Below are positions 8,000-17,215 of a DNA stretch of 64,000 nucleotides, in pieces. The notes under the pieces were generated by a model that saw only the letters and a program-made list of their open reading frames with translations, did no database searches and was not told where the DNA came from. Position 1 is the first letter of the stretch; every line of letters starts with the position of its first letter. A program made the translations under genes and the position numbers. The DNA lies in the IMG/VR virus record IMGVR_UViG_3300045988_026316, one strand, 5' to 3'. The stretch is from a virus.

Positions 8000-8423
8000 T
8001 AGTTTTTATGCAGATAAGATAACTATGACACCAACAATTCCTATCAATGGTCTCACCGAGAATGGTCATGAAGATAACAAAACTCCTAGATTATGCTTCA
8101 GTGACTCGTTGATAGGGTGTTTGGCTGCGCAAGGCACACTTCGCTTTAATTATTCATACGTAGTGTATGTGCCAGTTAATTAGAAGATAAAGGTTCATAA
8201 ACCTACGAAAAAACAATGTCCAGATGCTCATATAACAGGCGAGGTTTGGTACACAGGTAAACCGATAGAGTTAGTGCCAATAGGTAAGTTATACACATCA
8301 GATAACCTGTTTGAGGTTGGCAAATATTCGGCTACAGGAAAGAAGAAAAAAATGATCTCATCATATGCGTGCGAATATGCGTTTGTACCATTGAAAAAAT
8401 CTAAAAATAAAAATCATGGATAA
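7983..8423 (+). CDS. hypothetical protein, 1 in-frame TAG (8181-8183)
   Basis: Track ORF 7983..8183 continues in frame past the TAG to TAA 8421-8423. Its end overlaps the next start as ATGGATAA. Confidence 0.5.
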
Positions 8424-8676
8424 TATAGAACATACAAATAACATTGATGTAAATACTTCGTTGTCTAAACAGCTTATGTATATAGCATTTGCATCAATTA
8501 TATCAGCTGATAATGATAAGCTTGATGAAGATACAAAACAAGCTATTATTGCTAAGTACGAGGCTGAGACAAAAGATGAGCCATCTGTGTTGGATTGGGA
8601 TAAGATCTTAGATCCAGTTAAAGATGATGAGTTACGAAACAAATATATAGAACTGTTAAAAGCAACTGAAGTATGA
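8416..8676 (+). CDS. hypothetical acidic protein
   Basis: Track ORF with overlapping start and stop codons on both sides. Confidence 0.6.
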   Translation: MDNIEHTNNIDVNTSLSKQLMYIAFASIISADNDKLDEDTKQAIIAKYEAETKDEPSVLDWDKILDPVKDDELRNKYIELLKATEV

Positions 8677-9320
8677 TAGGATCACATGATAGTTATACGT
8701 TCCATAAAGCTACTAAGGGTATATACAATAAGTCTTTAATACGTAGAACATGGAAAGCTCAAAATATGAGTTTGGACGAACAGTATGAGCATGGAGTTCG
8801 TATGTTTGATGTACGTGTTTGTAGAGACGGATGGAGATGGAGAGTGTGTCATGGAGCGGCTGAGTTCAATGAAACATTTGCAACAATATTATCAATATGT
8901 CACTTCTTTGAGTTACGATATCCAGATGCTATCTATCGTATATGGCTCGAAAAAGGATCAAAAGATGTTGAGAGAAGGTTTATTGCAGAAAGTACAAGTC
9001 AACTCTGTTCGTTATGTGATTTATACCATAATCTATGGAGAGTTGGAATAAAATCGTATAAAGAATGGACGAACGGTATTTGTAACAACAATGATAGTTT
9101 ATACAACAGAGGTTATCTATTTGCTAAAGATGCTCCTTGGAGTGGTAATTGTCACGAGTTACACGGTACAATGTCTTTCAAGAATTACTTCAAAGGATCT
9201 CTTGAGTCTCAAGCTAAAAAGTACAACAGAAAGATTATGAGTACTGTTCCAAAAGATCAGATATACGGAAAAGAACATCTTTATCTGATTGATTTCGTAG
9301 ATCAAATACGCGTTAAATAA
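8673..9320 (+). CDS. PI-PLC X-domain-like phosphodiesterase (putative)
   Basis: GSHDSYT...QYEHGVRMFDVRV matches the N-terminal catalytic signature (G-x-H-D-S ... Q..G.R.FD.R) of PLC-like phosphodiesterases. Confidence 0.5.
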   Translation: MIGSHDSYTFHKATKGIYNKSLIRRTWKAQNMSLDEQYEHGVRMFDVRVCRDGWRWRVCHGAAEFNETFATILSICHFFELRYPDAIYRIWLEKGSKDVERRFIAESTSQLCSLCDLYHNLWRVGIKSYKEWTNGICNNNDSLYNRGYLFAKDAPWSGNCHELHGTMSFKNYFKGSLESQAKKYNRKIMSTVPKDQIYGKEHLYLIDFVDQIRVK

Positions 9321-9384
9321 ACGCGTATTTAAGATCAATTGCGTTGCAATTAAGATCAAATACATACTTAAACAAATTTATTCA

Positions 9385-9412
9385 GGGCCTACGTTAAGTA
9401 GGCTCTTTTTTA
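9385..9412 (+). terminator. rho-independent terminator
   Basis: Stem GCCTAC (9387-9392) pairs with GTAGGC (9398-9403) around loop GTTAA, followed by TCTTTTTTATT. Confidence 0.6.
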
Positions 9413-9414
9413 TT

Positions 9415-11520
9415 ATGCCTAAAATAAGACAAACAAATAGAATGATGAAAGTTGGTAATTAGTGGTTACCAGCTTTCTTAAACAGTGTCAACGGATCTCC
9501 AACATATACGTATATGAATGATTAGGGTCAGTGGGCTGATGCATCTGGTAATACGTACAACGTTGAATATCCATTAGATGAAGTAACTGTTAAATACGAT
9601 CCTAAAACAGGTGGGTATATCAATAAAGCTGCACCAGATTATTGGAGACAATATGGTCAGCGTAGAATGCAATAGACTGCTGGAAATGTTGACAAAGTTA
9701 TAATGGGTACCGTCGGAGCTGCTACAGCACCGCTATGGCTACCTGAGATATACGGAGCTGGGTTGGTACTTGGTGGTAATCCAGCTGTGCGATAGTTTGC
9801 AAGTCAGATATTGTACGGATTAGGTGCCGATGCAGCATTGAAAGCAACAACAGGTTATGATTATTCAGAAGCAGGTTAGAGGTTGTTTAGTCCTGTGATC
9901 CAAAAAATCGGTTTTAGTAAGGGTACATCTGATATTATCGGTCAAATTACAGGCGGTGCGATGAATCCTGGATATTACATGCCTGCAATAAAATTAAACG
10001 CTTAGAATATATTAGACCCTGTTGCGGACTATTTAGTTAAACCGTTTTCGTAGTATAGCAAAAAGCTTCAGATCTTAAATAACGCAGTTTATCCAACAAT
10101 CGGTACTCTGGCTGGAGGTGTTGCTGGAAATTAGCTTTCTAAACAAGACGTACTTCCTGAATATATGAGACCGTATGCTGAACCGGTTGGAATGTTATTG
10201 GGTGGTGGTATAGGTTCGTTGTTGAAGTATGCACCTATACCCAATTCTTATGTTTCAGATATGCTACGATATCCCATAATTGCACCGTATGAAATGGCTA
10301 GAGGAAACTATGTATTTGGGTCAAAAACTAAAGCTATGCTCGAACGTGCGAAACAAGAATCTAAATATTTTAACACGGCATATGATAATCTTGTTGATAA
10401 ATATATTAATAAAAAAGCGTATCCTGGGTTTGGGGATGTGAGGCCTAGGTTTGAAATGGAGATTGCCCCTAAAAACGGTAGTTACAAAGCTTATTATGAT
10501 TATCCAAGTAATACAGTAATAACGCCAATGTTTAATAACAAAAACACCAGAATAGCAATCCCGTTCGATATATATAGAAAAGGCACAATTTCACACGAAG
10601 CCACACATGCATTATACAATAGAGCTGCATAGTATAATTCATTTGATGGCGCGGGAGCTTTTACTAAACGAGGTATTGCGACCAATACTATGACACCGCT
10701 TTCTGTTGCCTTACCAGGAGAATAGTATTGGGAAATGAATCCTGTTTTACGTGATAATCCTGTATACAGAACACACTTGAATAATGTTGAAAACATAAAC
10801 ATCCCTCTATCACATAAACATGACGCTGCTTAGTATAAACAGTGGATGTCTAATCCGGAAGAATGGCATGCTGAATATAATAATATAATGAGTAGAATCA
10901 CCGATGGATCAACAGTTCCAGTGAGTGATCTGACTAGTAATCAAAGAGATATTGTTCTCAACTACTTCATGAATAAATTCGGGGCGAATAGAACCCAATC
11001 CAACCAAGCTCTCGACATGATAAATGCATATCAACGTGATGTCTTAAAAGGAGCTAATGTTAGCGCCAATATCACAAGACCTCATGCAATCAATCTCATG
11101 AATACGATAACGACCCCGCCCCCCAACGCTAAGACGATAAATTATGATCAATTACGTGATAACTTTAAAAAGTTTCGTAAGTATATCGAGAAATTAAATC
11201 ACATGTATGGAAAGGATGTGAAACGCATCGGTTTAGAATACGCAACAGGACAGGGATTAGAACGTATTGGAGATTTTATGATGAAACATACAATTGGTAT
11301 GGATTCAGACCAAGCATCTTACAAGCTATTATCTCCACTCGTGGAACCGTTAGATATCACAGATGGTTAGAAAGAAGGTTTATATAGATTTGGATCTCAA
11401 TATGTGAACCCGGGAAATTGGTTTAATCCATCGAAACGCTTAATTAACGGATATATTATCGATGACATGTATAATTTTGCACGGCTTCCATATGACTGGT
11501 TTACAAATCAGAAGAAGTAA
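9415..11520 (+). CDS. HExxH-motif protein (putative zincin-like metallopeptidase), 12 in-frame TAG
   Basis: The 701-codon frame runs from ATG 9415 to TAA 11518-11520 and joins track ORFs 10165..10632 and 10846..11370. It contains 12 in-frame TAGs and no TAA or TGA. The HEATH motif lies at 10594-10608. Confidence 0.7.
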
Positions 11521-11545
11521 TAGTATTATTAGAATTAATAAGAAG

Positions 11546-11572
11546 TCCAGCCTTCGGGTTGGATTTTTTTTA
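11546..11572 (+). terminator. rho-independent terminator (UUCG loop)
   Basis: TCCAGCC-TTCG-GGTTGGA is followed by a run of 8 T. Confidence 0.7.
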
Positions 11573-11579
11573 TTTTATT

Positions 11580-11690
11580 TTTAAACGAGAAAGTAAAATT
11601 TTTCATATTATGTATATTTAAACGAGAAATAAAAAATATTTTATTTTACATATGTTTAAACTGGAAAGTCCCCTGTTTAAACGGGAAAGT
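11580..11690. repeat. four direct repeats TTTAAAC(G/T)(A/G)GAAA(G/T)
   Basis: Copies lie at 11580-11594, 11617-11631, 11655-11669 and 11676-11690. The last two are extended (GTTTAAACNGGAAAGTCCCC) and start 21 bp apart. Confidence 0.6.
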
Positions 11691-11742
11691 CCCCCAACAG
11701 CCTCCCCCAGCCGATTTGGAAATTGGAACACCCCCTCCCTGA

Positions 11743-11779
11743 TTCGTCAAAGGCGCCTATTCCTACCTATTGGCAACAC
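11743..11779 (+). promoter_or_regulatory. 37-bp promoter-like box, copy 1
   Basis: TTCGTCAAAGGCGCCTATTCCTACCTATTGGCAACAC matches 27 of 37 positions of the copy at 12172-12208. It lies 32 nt upstream of ATG 11811. Confidence 0.35.
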
Positions 11780-11810
11780 AACGTCGTGTTGCTGTAAAAT
11801 TAGATGAATT

Positions 11811-12047
11811 ATGGGATATGTTCTTAAAATCAAGAAGTTAGTCGAGCACGAGTGGAAAACTACCAAGGTTAGAACCTACGTCAACGGTCAGGATGGCAGG
11901 CCTGTTTTGGCCGAAGAACGCGAAGTTCCTGCCACAGTTTGGAGATGGGTTGCTTCTCCCGTCGAGCCTACACTCGAAGCTTTGTTTGAGAAGTACGGGA
12001 AATGGTGCTCCACGCACAAGGACAACTGGTGCATCGCTCCGCAGTAA
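11811..12047 (+). CDS. hypothetical protein (GC-rich island)
   Basis: Track ORF ending in TAA. It is followed by the hairpin GGAATGGGCC-TTCG-GGCCCTTCC (12048-12070). Confidence 0.55.
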   Translation: MGYVLKIKKLVEHEWKTTKVRTYVNGQDGRPVLAEEREVPATVWRWVASPVEPTLEALFEKYGKWCSTHKDNWCIAPQ

Positions 12048-12171
12048 GGAATGGGCCTTCGGGCCCTTCCTTGCTTCTCTTCTTGCTTCCCTTCTTGCTC
12101 TTATTTTGCTTATTTCTTGCTGTTTCGTCAAACAAGACATGGCTCGCTCGTTCCTCGCTCGCCCTTGCTGT

Positions 12172-12208
12172 TTCGTCAAACATGCCTGTTCCTATAGATT
12201 GGCGACGG
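12172..12208 (+). promoter_or_regulatory. 37-bp promoter-like box, copy 2
   Basis: The sequence is TTCGTCAAACATGCCTGTTCCTATAGATTGGCGACGG. The left half CTTGCTGTTTCGTCAAACA is also duplicated at 12116-12134 and 12164-12182. Confidence 0.35.
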
Positions 12209-12403
12209 TATAACATCGTTTATAATCGTTGCGCGTGCTGCGCATAGCACGCTATACCTGCATACGTGTAGGTGCGGGCGGTACAGACATGCGCGTCTGT
12301 ATCGTATAGAGTGGCATGCCGAGATACTCCCAGCAACATTTGTGTTGTCTACACGGGGAACGGCGGTCATGTCCGTGTTAACCCGCTGTTAAGTCAGCTG
12401 GTC

Positions 12404-12468
12404 GGGCATTATGGTACATTCTTGCACAAGTTGCTTGTAATGCACAGGTTCGATTCCTGTGGTGTCCA
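12404..12468 (+). ncRNA. D-arm-less tRNA-like element TLE1
   Basis: Acceptor GGGCATT/GGTGTCC has 4 Watson-Crick and 3 G.U pairs. The T arm is ACAGG-TTCGATT-CCTGT. The box ATGGTAC is shared with TLE2. The internal hairpin ACAAG-TTG-CTTGT is not an anticodon arm. Confidence 0.4.
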
Positions 12469-12547
12469 CTATCCCCCTGTGAAGGACGATTTTAAAATTC
12501 CCATATTCACAATCATGTTTAATATATGGCCCTTCGGGGTCATATTC

Positions 12548-12610
12548 GGGTGCTATGGTACTCTGTCAGATGATAGCGACAGTGCGTAGGTTCGATTCCT
12601 ACGGCATCCA
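12548..12610 (+). ncRNA. D-arm-less tRNA-like element TLE2
   Basis: Acceptor GGGTGCT/GGCATCC, T arm GTAGG-TTCGATT-CCTAC, and internal hairpin CTGTC-(10 nt)-GACAG. It ends 48 nt before ATG 12658. Confidence 0.45.
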
Positions 12611-12657
12611 CAGCGAGAAGGGCAGCGAGGTCGTTGCCCAGCTAAACACACAAAATC

Positions 12658-13347
12658 ATGAGAATGCAAATCGAAAACGTCTACGTGCTCACAGCTCACG
12701 TAGGTACACAGAATGTGGAAACCAAGTACGTCAAGCTCGATCTTATCGACGCAGACGATCCTTGGGGCGAAAGCTGTACTATGACCATCTTCGAGTCTAC
12801 GGACAAGGCTATGGTCAAATACCTCACCAGTATCTATGCTGACGCTCAGGCGGACGGCACAGATCAGTTTGGGCAGGTTAAGTATGCTCCTTCTATCCTC
12901 AAGGATGCCACCAAGGCTCTTCCTGACAATAGAAAGGTCATACCAGGCATCGTGCGAGCTGAGGCTCCTACTCCTGGCGGCGAGCCGTACATTCGTACGA
13001 CTGAAGTCAACGGAGTGCGCGTACCTGCAAAGAACGCTGTCCCAATCAACTCTCTTATGCTCTGGTGCCGCAAGGTCAAGGACAATGAGACTGGTGAGAT
13101 GAGCTGGAAGTCTGGCTGGTCTCCAGCCGAGCGCATGACGAGCATCATCGCACACCTCTACAAGCCTTGTCGCGAGACAGGTTTGCCTGAGACTGGCGAG
13201 ATTGTCAGTGCGCCCGTTCAGGCTCCAGTTGCTCCTCAGATGCCGCAGCAACCTGCTCCGCAGCAGCAAGCTCCTCAGACTCAGCCCCAACAGGCTCAGC
13301 CTCAGCAGCCACAGCAAGCTCCGCAGCAACCTACTGCTACATTCTAA
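12658..13347 (+). CDS. hypothetical protein with Gln/Pro-rich C-terminal tail
   Basis: Track ORF in the GC-rich island. Its composition is protein-like, unlike the Leu/Arg/Ser-rich antisense ORF 12553..13395. Confidence 0.65.
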   Translation: MRMQIENVYVLTAHVGTQNVETKYVKLDLIDADDPWGESCTMTIFESTDKAMVKYLTSIYADAQADGTDQFGQVKYAPSILKDATKALPDNRKVIPGIVRAEAPTPGGEPYIRTTEVNGVRVPAKNAVPINSLMLWCRKVKDNETGEMSWKSGWSPAERMTSIIAHLYKPCRETGLPETGEIVSAPVQAPVAPQMPQQPAPQQQAPQTQPQQAQPQQPQQAPQQPTATF

Positions 13348-13419
13348 CCACTCTTCCACGCCTATCGAGGTCGGGCGTTCTAAATACGACCTCATTCATC
13401 TTCTTAAACACTCACGACA

Positions 13420-13779
13420 ATGAAGAACTCCCTTGCTCTTACAGCAATCATAGCTATTTGCCTATTCGTAGGCTTCGTAGCTGGCCATGCTATTGGCACA
13501 ACTGACGGAAATGCAGCCGCTTACACTCAACAAAAGCGAGCTACTACCGCCGAAGACTCTCTCGCTATCTACCGAGAATTCGCTGACCGAGCACTCACAC
13601 TGCTCGAAGCTCTCGGCATCGATGACGACTCAGTCGATCCCTTCTACGACGGCGACGACGCCAAGGCATACGCAGTCTCAAGCGCATACCGACGCTTCTG
13701 CGACGCCTACAACAAGCTTGCTGGTATCGACAGCTTGCAACAGCTGCCTCCTGCGCAAACGCGCACGGAAGCACGCTGA
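13420..13779 (+). CDS. membrane-anchored protein, paralog of 15124..15462
   Basis: It has an N-terminal hydrophobic anchor. It shares the pattern DP(F/Y)Y(D/N)G...AY..(F/Y)C(D/E).(Y/F)NK with the 15124 product. Confidence 0.65.
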   Translation: MKNSLALTAIIAICLFVGFVAGHAIGTTDGNAAAYTQQKRATTAEDSLAIYREFADRALTLLEALGIDDDSVDPFYDGDDAKAYAVSSAYRRFCDAYNKLAGIDSLQQLPPAQTRTEAR

Positions 13780-13814
13780 CCACCTCGGACACGGGCGCAT
13801 GCTCGTGCCGGTGG
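13780..13814 (+). terminator. nested GC hairpin after stop codon (possible terminator)
   Basis: CCACC..CACG-loop-CGTG..GGTGG follows TGA 13777-13779 directly. There is no T-run. Confidence 0.35.
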
Positions 13815-14063
13815 GGCCTATTCGTATAATATTGCAGATAGTCAAATTCAAAAACCAAGAACCTCGCGATAGTATTAACGGTAAATCGCACAGAACAATG
13901 CAGTACTTCTATATTGTAGGTTACACGCTGATTGGCAACGATCTTACATTCAGACTCGAACCACAATAAATAGTTTATACTCATTCACACCAGGTTTGGG
14001 TTTTATACCCAAGCTTGGTGCTACATAATAAAATCACAAATATTCAATCAAAAAAAGAACAAA

Positions 14064-14222
14064 ATGGATATTGGACAAGTATTGCGGAATGCTATCAACA
14101 ACAAAGTAGCAAAGATCCTGAAAGAAGAGTACGGGATCGAAACTCCAAAAGAGATCACAGACAAGCTGCCTAAAGACGACCAAGATTGCGGAAATTACCA
14201 AAAACAAGCAATTAGTAAATAA
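14064..14222 (+). CDS. small hypothetical protein (52 aa)
   Basis: The frame runs from ATG 14064 to TAA 14220-14222. It is below the track size cut-off, and its composition is charged and protein-like. Confidence 0.35.
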   Translation: MDIGQVLRNAINNKVAKILKEEYGIETPKEITDKLPKDDQDCGNYQKQAISK

Positions 14223-14241
14223 TCTTTTAAAGGAGGTTATC

Positions 14242-15057
14242 GTGTGTTTAGTGACAAGTCAACTTGAGCCATACATAGCTCCTATCGATATTCCGGTTGT
14301 GAAGGTGTTGAAGATAAACGAGTACAATGGGTATGACACTGTATACATGCATACGCCTGTGTTATTAGATCAATTTCTATACGCAAAAGGTACATGGGTA
14401 CTTGACAAAGACCATATCACACAAAACCTTCGTTCAGGCTTGGTGCATGCTTATACAAAGCTCCGTTTCTCTCCATTCGATAAGTATCAAATAGACATGT
14501 TCAATCTGGTGCCAGTAAAAGCATTTATTCCAAAAGGAACAAAATTCTTCATATCAGACGATCATGAGACTATGGCTGCAGAAAAAATGTTTATTTCGAG
14601 CAACGAAGCCTCATATGACTTTGGACTTACGGATGAACAAGTATTCAACCTAACAATTAATCTCAAAATGGAACCGAAACCGAAAAAAGATGATCATGAT
14701 CGGTTAGATCCTAGTCATAAAATAGGACTCTTGATCCTATTATTCATATTCATGCTTTTCGTGACTCGTGCATGTGCTCAAACAGCACAATATGACACAG
14801 CTATCGTGAAGTATCAGAATATCGAACGAATTGTATCTCAAACAACAGACAAAGGTGCAGTTCGTTACTACGCAGTTTACAATGATAAGCAAGAGAATAT
14901 CTCAGAACTAATCCCTGTTTCTAAGACTGTTCTCTCGTACATCAATGCATGTAAACAGAATCAAATTGAACCATCATTGGCTATCCGTCTTAAGAACGGT
15001 ATCATTGTTGGTTTGATACGATACAAAACCAAATACATTGTTAAAAGGAGACGATAA
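14242..15057 (+). CDS. hypothetical protein with internal transmembrane segment
   Basis: The GTG start follows AAAGGAGG (14229-14236) by 5 nt. The hydrophobic stretch is IGLLILLFIFMLFV. Confidence 0.65.
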   Translation: MCLVTSQLEPYIAPIDIPVVKVLKINEYNGYDTVYMHTPVLLDQFLYAKGTWVLDKDHITQNLRSGLVHAYTKLRFSPFDKYQIDMFNLVPVKAFIPKGTKFFISDDHETMAAEKMFISSNEASYDFGLTDEQVFNLTINLKMEPKPKKDDHDRLDPSHKIGLLILLFIFMLFVTRACAQTAQYDTAIVKYQNIERIVSQTTDKGAVRYYAVYNDKQENISELIPVSKTVLSYINACKQNQIEPSLAIRLKNGIIVGLIRYKTKYIVKRRR

Positions 15058-15123
15058 TGATGTACACACCTAAGCAGTCCGGCGTTCTAAATAGGACTGC
15101 ACAACATTTAAACACTCAAAACA

Positions 15124-15462
15124 ATGAACAAAGCGGTTATAGTAATCGTAACAGCCATAATCAGTGTATTTATTGGCTGTTCTGCTGGACAGATGAACAT
15201 GACTGGTGACATGAACCGGGAGATCGCAGAGATGAGCCGTTACTACAAGAGTCAGTACAAAGATACTCTTGATGCATACAAACAGTATGTGGCAGCAACG
15301 GAGAATCTGCTCAGTGAGTCCCAATTCTACGACAACTTCGATCCGTACTACAACGGACCTGATGAGATGAAACGTAGAAAAGGTGTCGCATACAATAAGT
15401 ATTGCGAAACTTTCAACAAGATATCGAAATCTTGTGGAATAACCCCAGTCACTTCATACTAA
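15124..15462 (+). CDS. membrane-anchored/lipoprotein-like protein, paralog of 13420..13779
   Basis: It has an N-terminal anchor with IGCSAG, and a C-terminal half homologous to the 13420 product. Confidence 0.65.
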   Translation: MNKAVIVIVTAIISVFIGCSAGQMNMTGDMNREIAEMSRYYKSQYKDTLDAYKQYVAATENLLSESQFYDNFDPYYNGPDEMKRRKGVAYNKYCETFNKISKSCGITPVTSY

Positions 15463-15482
15463 CAAGTTTTAATCAATAAAAC

Positions 15483-15869
15483 ATGGAAATCGAAAGCAAA
15501 AAGAAGACGTATAACAAGCGTCGTAAGAGCAACAAGCGCAATCGTAAGGTTGCATGTCATCGTAACGGAAATCATGGTGTAATGAACAAACACCAACTAC
15601 GTGAGTTCTTTGGCCATAAGTTTGGTGCCACAGAGGTCAGTGGTTTTATTGCACCCCTGTTACGTTACGAAACTCCCTTTGGTGATGAGATAGATGTGTC
15701 ATTCATCGCAGACAAGAATGACAACATCTGTGATGTGAACGAAGGCTTCATCGTAGAAGCTGGTCTTGACAAAACTCCTTTTGACAAGGAGGATATCGCC
15801 ATAGTAATGAACATCTACAGAGGACAGAATCTGTGCCTTGTAGCAGAATCAGGGAGGGTTGTGCGATGA
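15483..15869 (+). CDS. hypothetical protein, basic N-terminus
   Basis: Track ORF with the N-terminal stretch KKKTYNKRRKSNKRNRK. Confidence 0.6.
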   Translation: MEIESKKKTYNKRRKSNKRNRKVACHRNGNHGVMNKHQLREFFGHKFGATEVSGFIAPLLRYETPFGDEIDVSFIADKNDNICDVNEGFIVEAGLDKTPFDKEDIAIVMNIYRGQNLCLVAESGRVVR

Positions 15870-16186
15870 ACGAGACGCTTGTCGATTTGAAGAAGATGGT
15901 CGATGTCACAAGAGACAAAGACATCAAAGATCCAGGTTTGCTGAGACCTGTGATCGGCGCAATCAACGATGTACTCGTAAAAAACACGAACATCGAGATT
16001 AAGAGTGCAGACAACAATCAAATTGTCATTGAAGTAAGTTATCACACGCGTCAGAAAATGCAGCATGTGATCAATGACAAGGAGATGTGCACTGTACTGG
16101 CTAAGTTGTTGATCGATGTGTATGCGAAATTCAATCGCATAAGCAACATCATAAATGATTACAATAAAACCAAGTGTCATGAGTGA
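15866..16186 (+). CDS. hypothetical protein
   Basis: ATG 15866 overlaps the previous TGA as ATGA. It lies in the frame of track ORF 15833..16186. Confidence 0.55.
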   Translation: MNETLVDLKKMVDVTRDKDIKDPGLLRPVIGAINDVLVKNTNIEIKSADNNQIVIEVSYHTRQKMQHVINDKEMCTVLAKLLIDVYAKFNRISNIINDYNKTKCHE

Positions 16187-16544
16187 TAAAAAAGATCAAG
16201 AACTGTATGAGAGTTCTATAAACTACGATGCGGAAACCGTTATTCATCAAGATAAGTTGTACTGTAAAATAGGACACGGTCTGAATCTGATTAGTGACGC
16301 ATACAGAAAAGAAAACCTTTCCTACTTCATGAATATGCTCATGAAACGTGAAGGTGCTCGTTTCTGGATAACAGACACCAAACTTCATTTTGAGATCCCA
16401 TTGCCTGATAAAGAACTTTCAGTTGTGGAGATTAGTGACATATCAAGTGATGTTGAACACTTAATGTTATCATTACAAGATATCGTGTGTAATTGTGTAA
16501 ATGCAAGCCAAGACATGGACGCAATAATGAGTCAAATGCAATGA
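16179..16544 (+). CDS. hypothetical protein
   Basis: ATG 16179 overlaps the end of the previous gene. It lies in the frame of track ORF 16155..16544. Confidence 0.55.
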   Translation: MSDKKDQELYESSINYDAETVIHQDKLYCKIGHGLNLISDAYRKENLSYFMNMLMKREGARFWITDTKLHFEIPLPDKELSVVEISDISSDVEHLMLSLQDIVCNCVNASQDMDAIMSQMQ

Positions 16545-16729
16545 AAATAGCTAAGACGGACAAGCAGGGCAACCCAACATCAAAACTATTCTTACGAATA
16601 GGTGGTAGCTCTATCCTAATCGCAAGTAAACTAACAGTTGTACAAGCTGTGTTGTTGAAAAAGCAGATTGAGGAATATACGAAGAAAACAGGTTCAAAGA
16701 TTAACGGACATTTATACACGGTCCAATAA
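16541..16729 (+). CDS. hypothetical protein
   Basis: ATG 16541 overlaps the previous TGA as ATGA. It lies in the frame of track ORF 16493..16729. Confidence 0.5.
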   Translation: MKIAKTDKQGNPTSKLFLRIGGSSILIASKLTVVQAVLLKKQIEEYTKKTGSKINGHLYTVQ

Positions 16730-16730
16730 T

Positions 16731-17084
16731 ATGCGAGTACATTATTTAAGCGTAAGTCTGATCACATGTGCAGCAGCAAACAAAGCCGTTGCTGAGCACA
16801 TTGGATCTCAAGAAATTGAGATTCATGTAAATCCTGTGAAAAGTATGCGTGAGTGGTTAGAAAAAGACTTCGTAGAAGATAAAACCATGTTGTTGAAACT
16901 AATAGTTCCATACAACCATGACAGGTCAGAACTTCTCGAAGTACATGCGTATAAAAAGGTCATAGTGGCTGGACAGCCCAAATACAGACTGTATGTACGT
17001 AAAGTAACAAAGAATAGACTTAGAAAACTAACAAATATGTTTGGAGATCTACGTCTTAAACCAACTCAGTTTTTAACTGATTAA
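16731..17084 (+). CDS. hypothetical protein
   Basis: ATG 16731 lies 1 nt after the previous TAA. It is in the frame of track ORF 16668..17084. Confidence 0.55.
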   Translation: MRVHYLSVSLITCAAANKAVAEHIGSQEIEIHVNPVKSMREWLEKDFVEDKTMLLKLIVPYNHDRSELLEVHAYKKVIVAGQPKYRLYVRKVTKNRLRKLTNMFGDLRLKPTQFLTD

Positions 17085-17090
17085 CATTAT

Positions 17091-17120
17091 CCCCTATAGA
17101 GCTTTCCCACTCTATGGGGG
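17091..17120 (+). terminator. 11-bp hairpin after operon end
   Basis: CCCCTATAGAG pairs with CTCTATGGGGG around an 8-nt loop. The T-tract is weak. Confidence 0.45.
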
Positions 17121-17215
17121 ATTTCGTTTAATGTAGCCATCGAAAGATGAGAGTCACAAGCCTCTATAAATACAGAGTGAACGAACATATATGTTTAATT
17201 TAATTCATTATCAAA

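Noticed and set aside
12553-13395. A 280-aa reverse-strand ORF, plus several other 80-130-aa ORFs on both strands between 11.8 and 14.0 kb.
   Set aside because: They lie antisense to, or out of frame with, better forward ORFs. Their products are Leu/Arg/Ser/Cys-rich and low in complexity, which is the usual artefact of GC-rich sequence.
13900-13985. A possible reverse-strand tRNA suggested by GGTTCGAGTC on the reverse strand.
   Set aside because: No complementary T stem or acceptor stem can be drawn, and the motif sits at the wrong end of any candidate cloverleaf.
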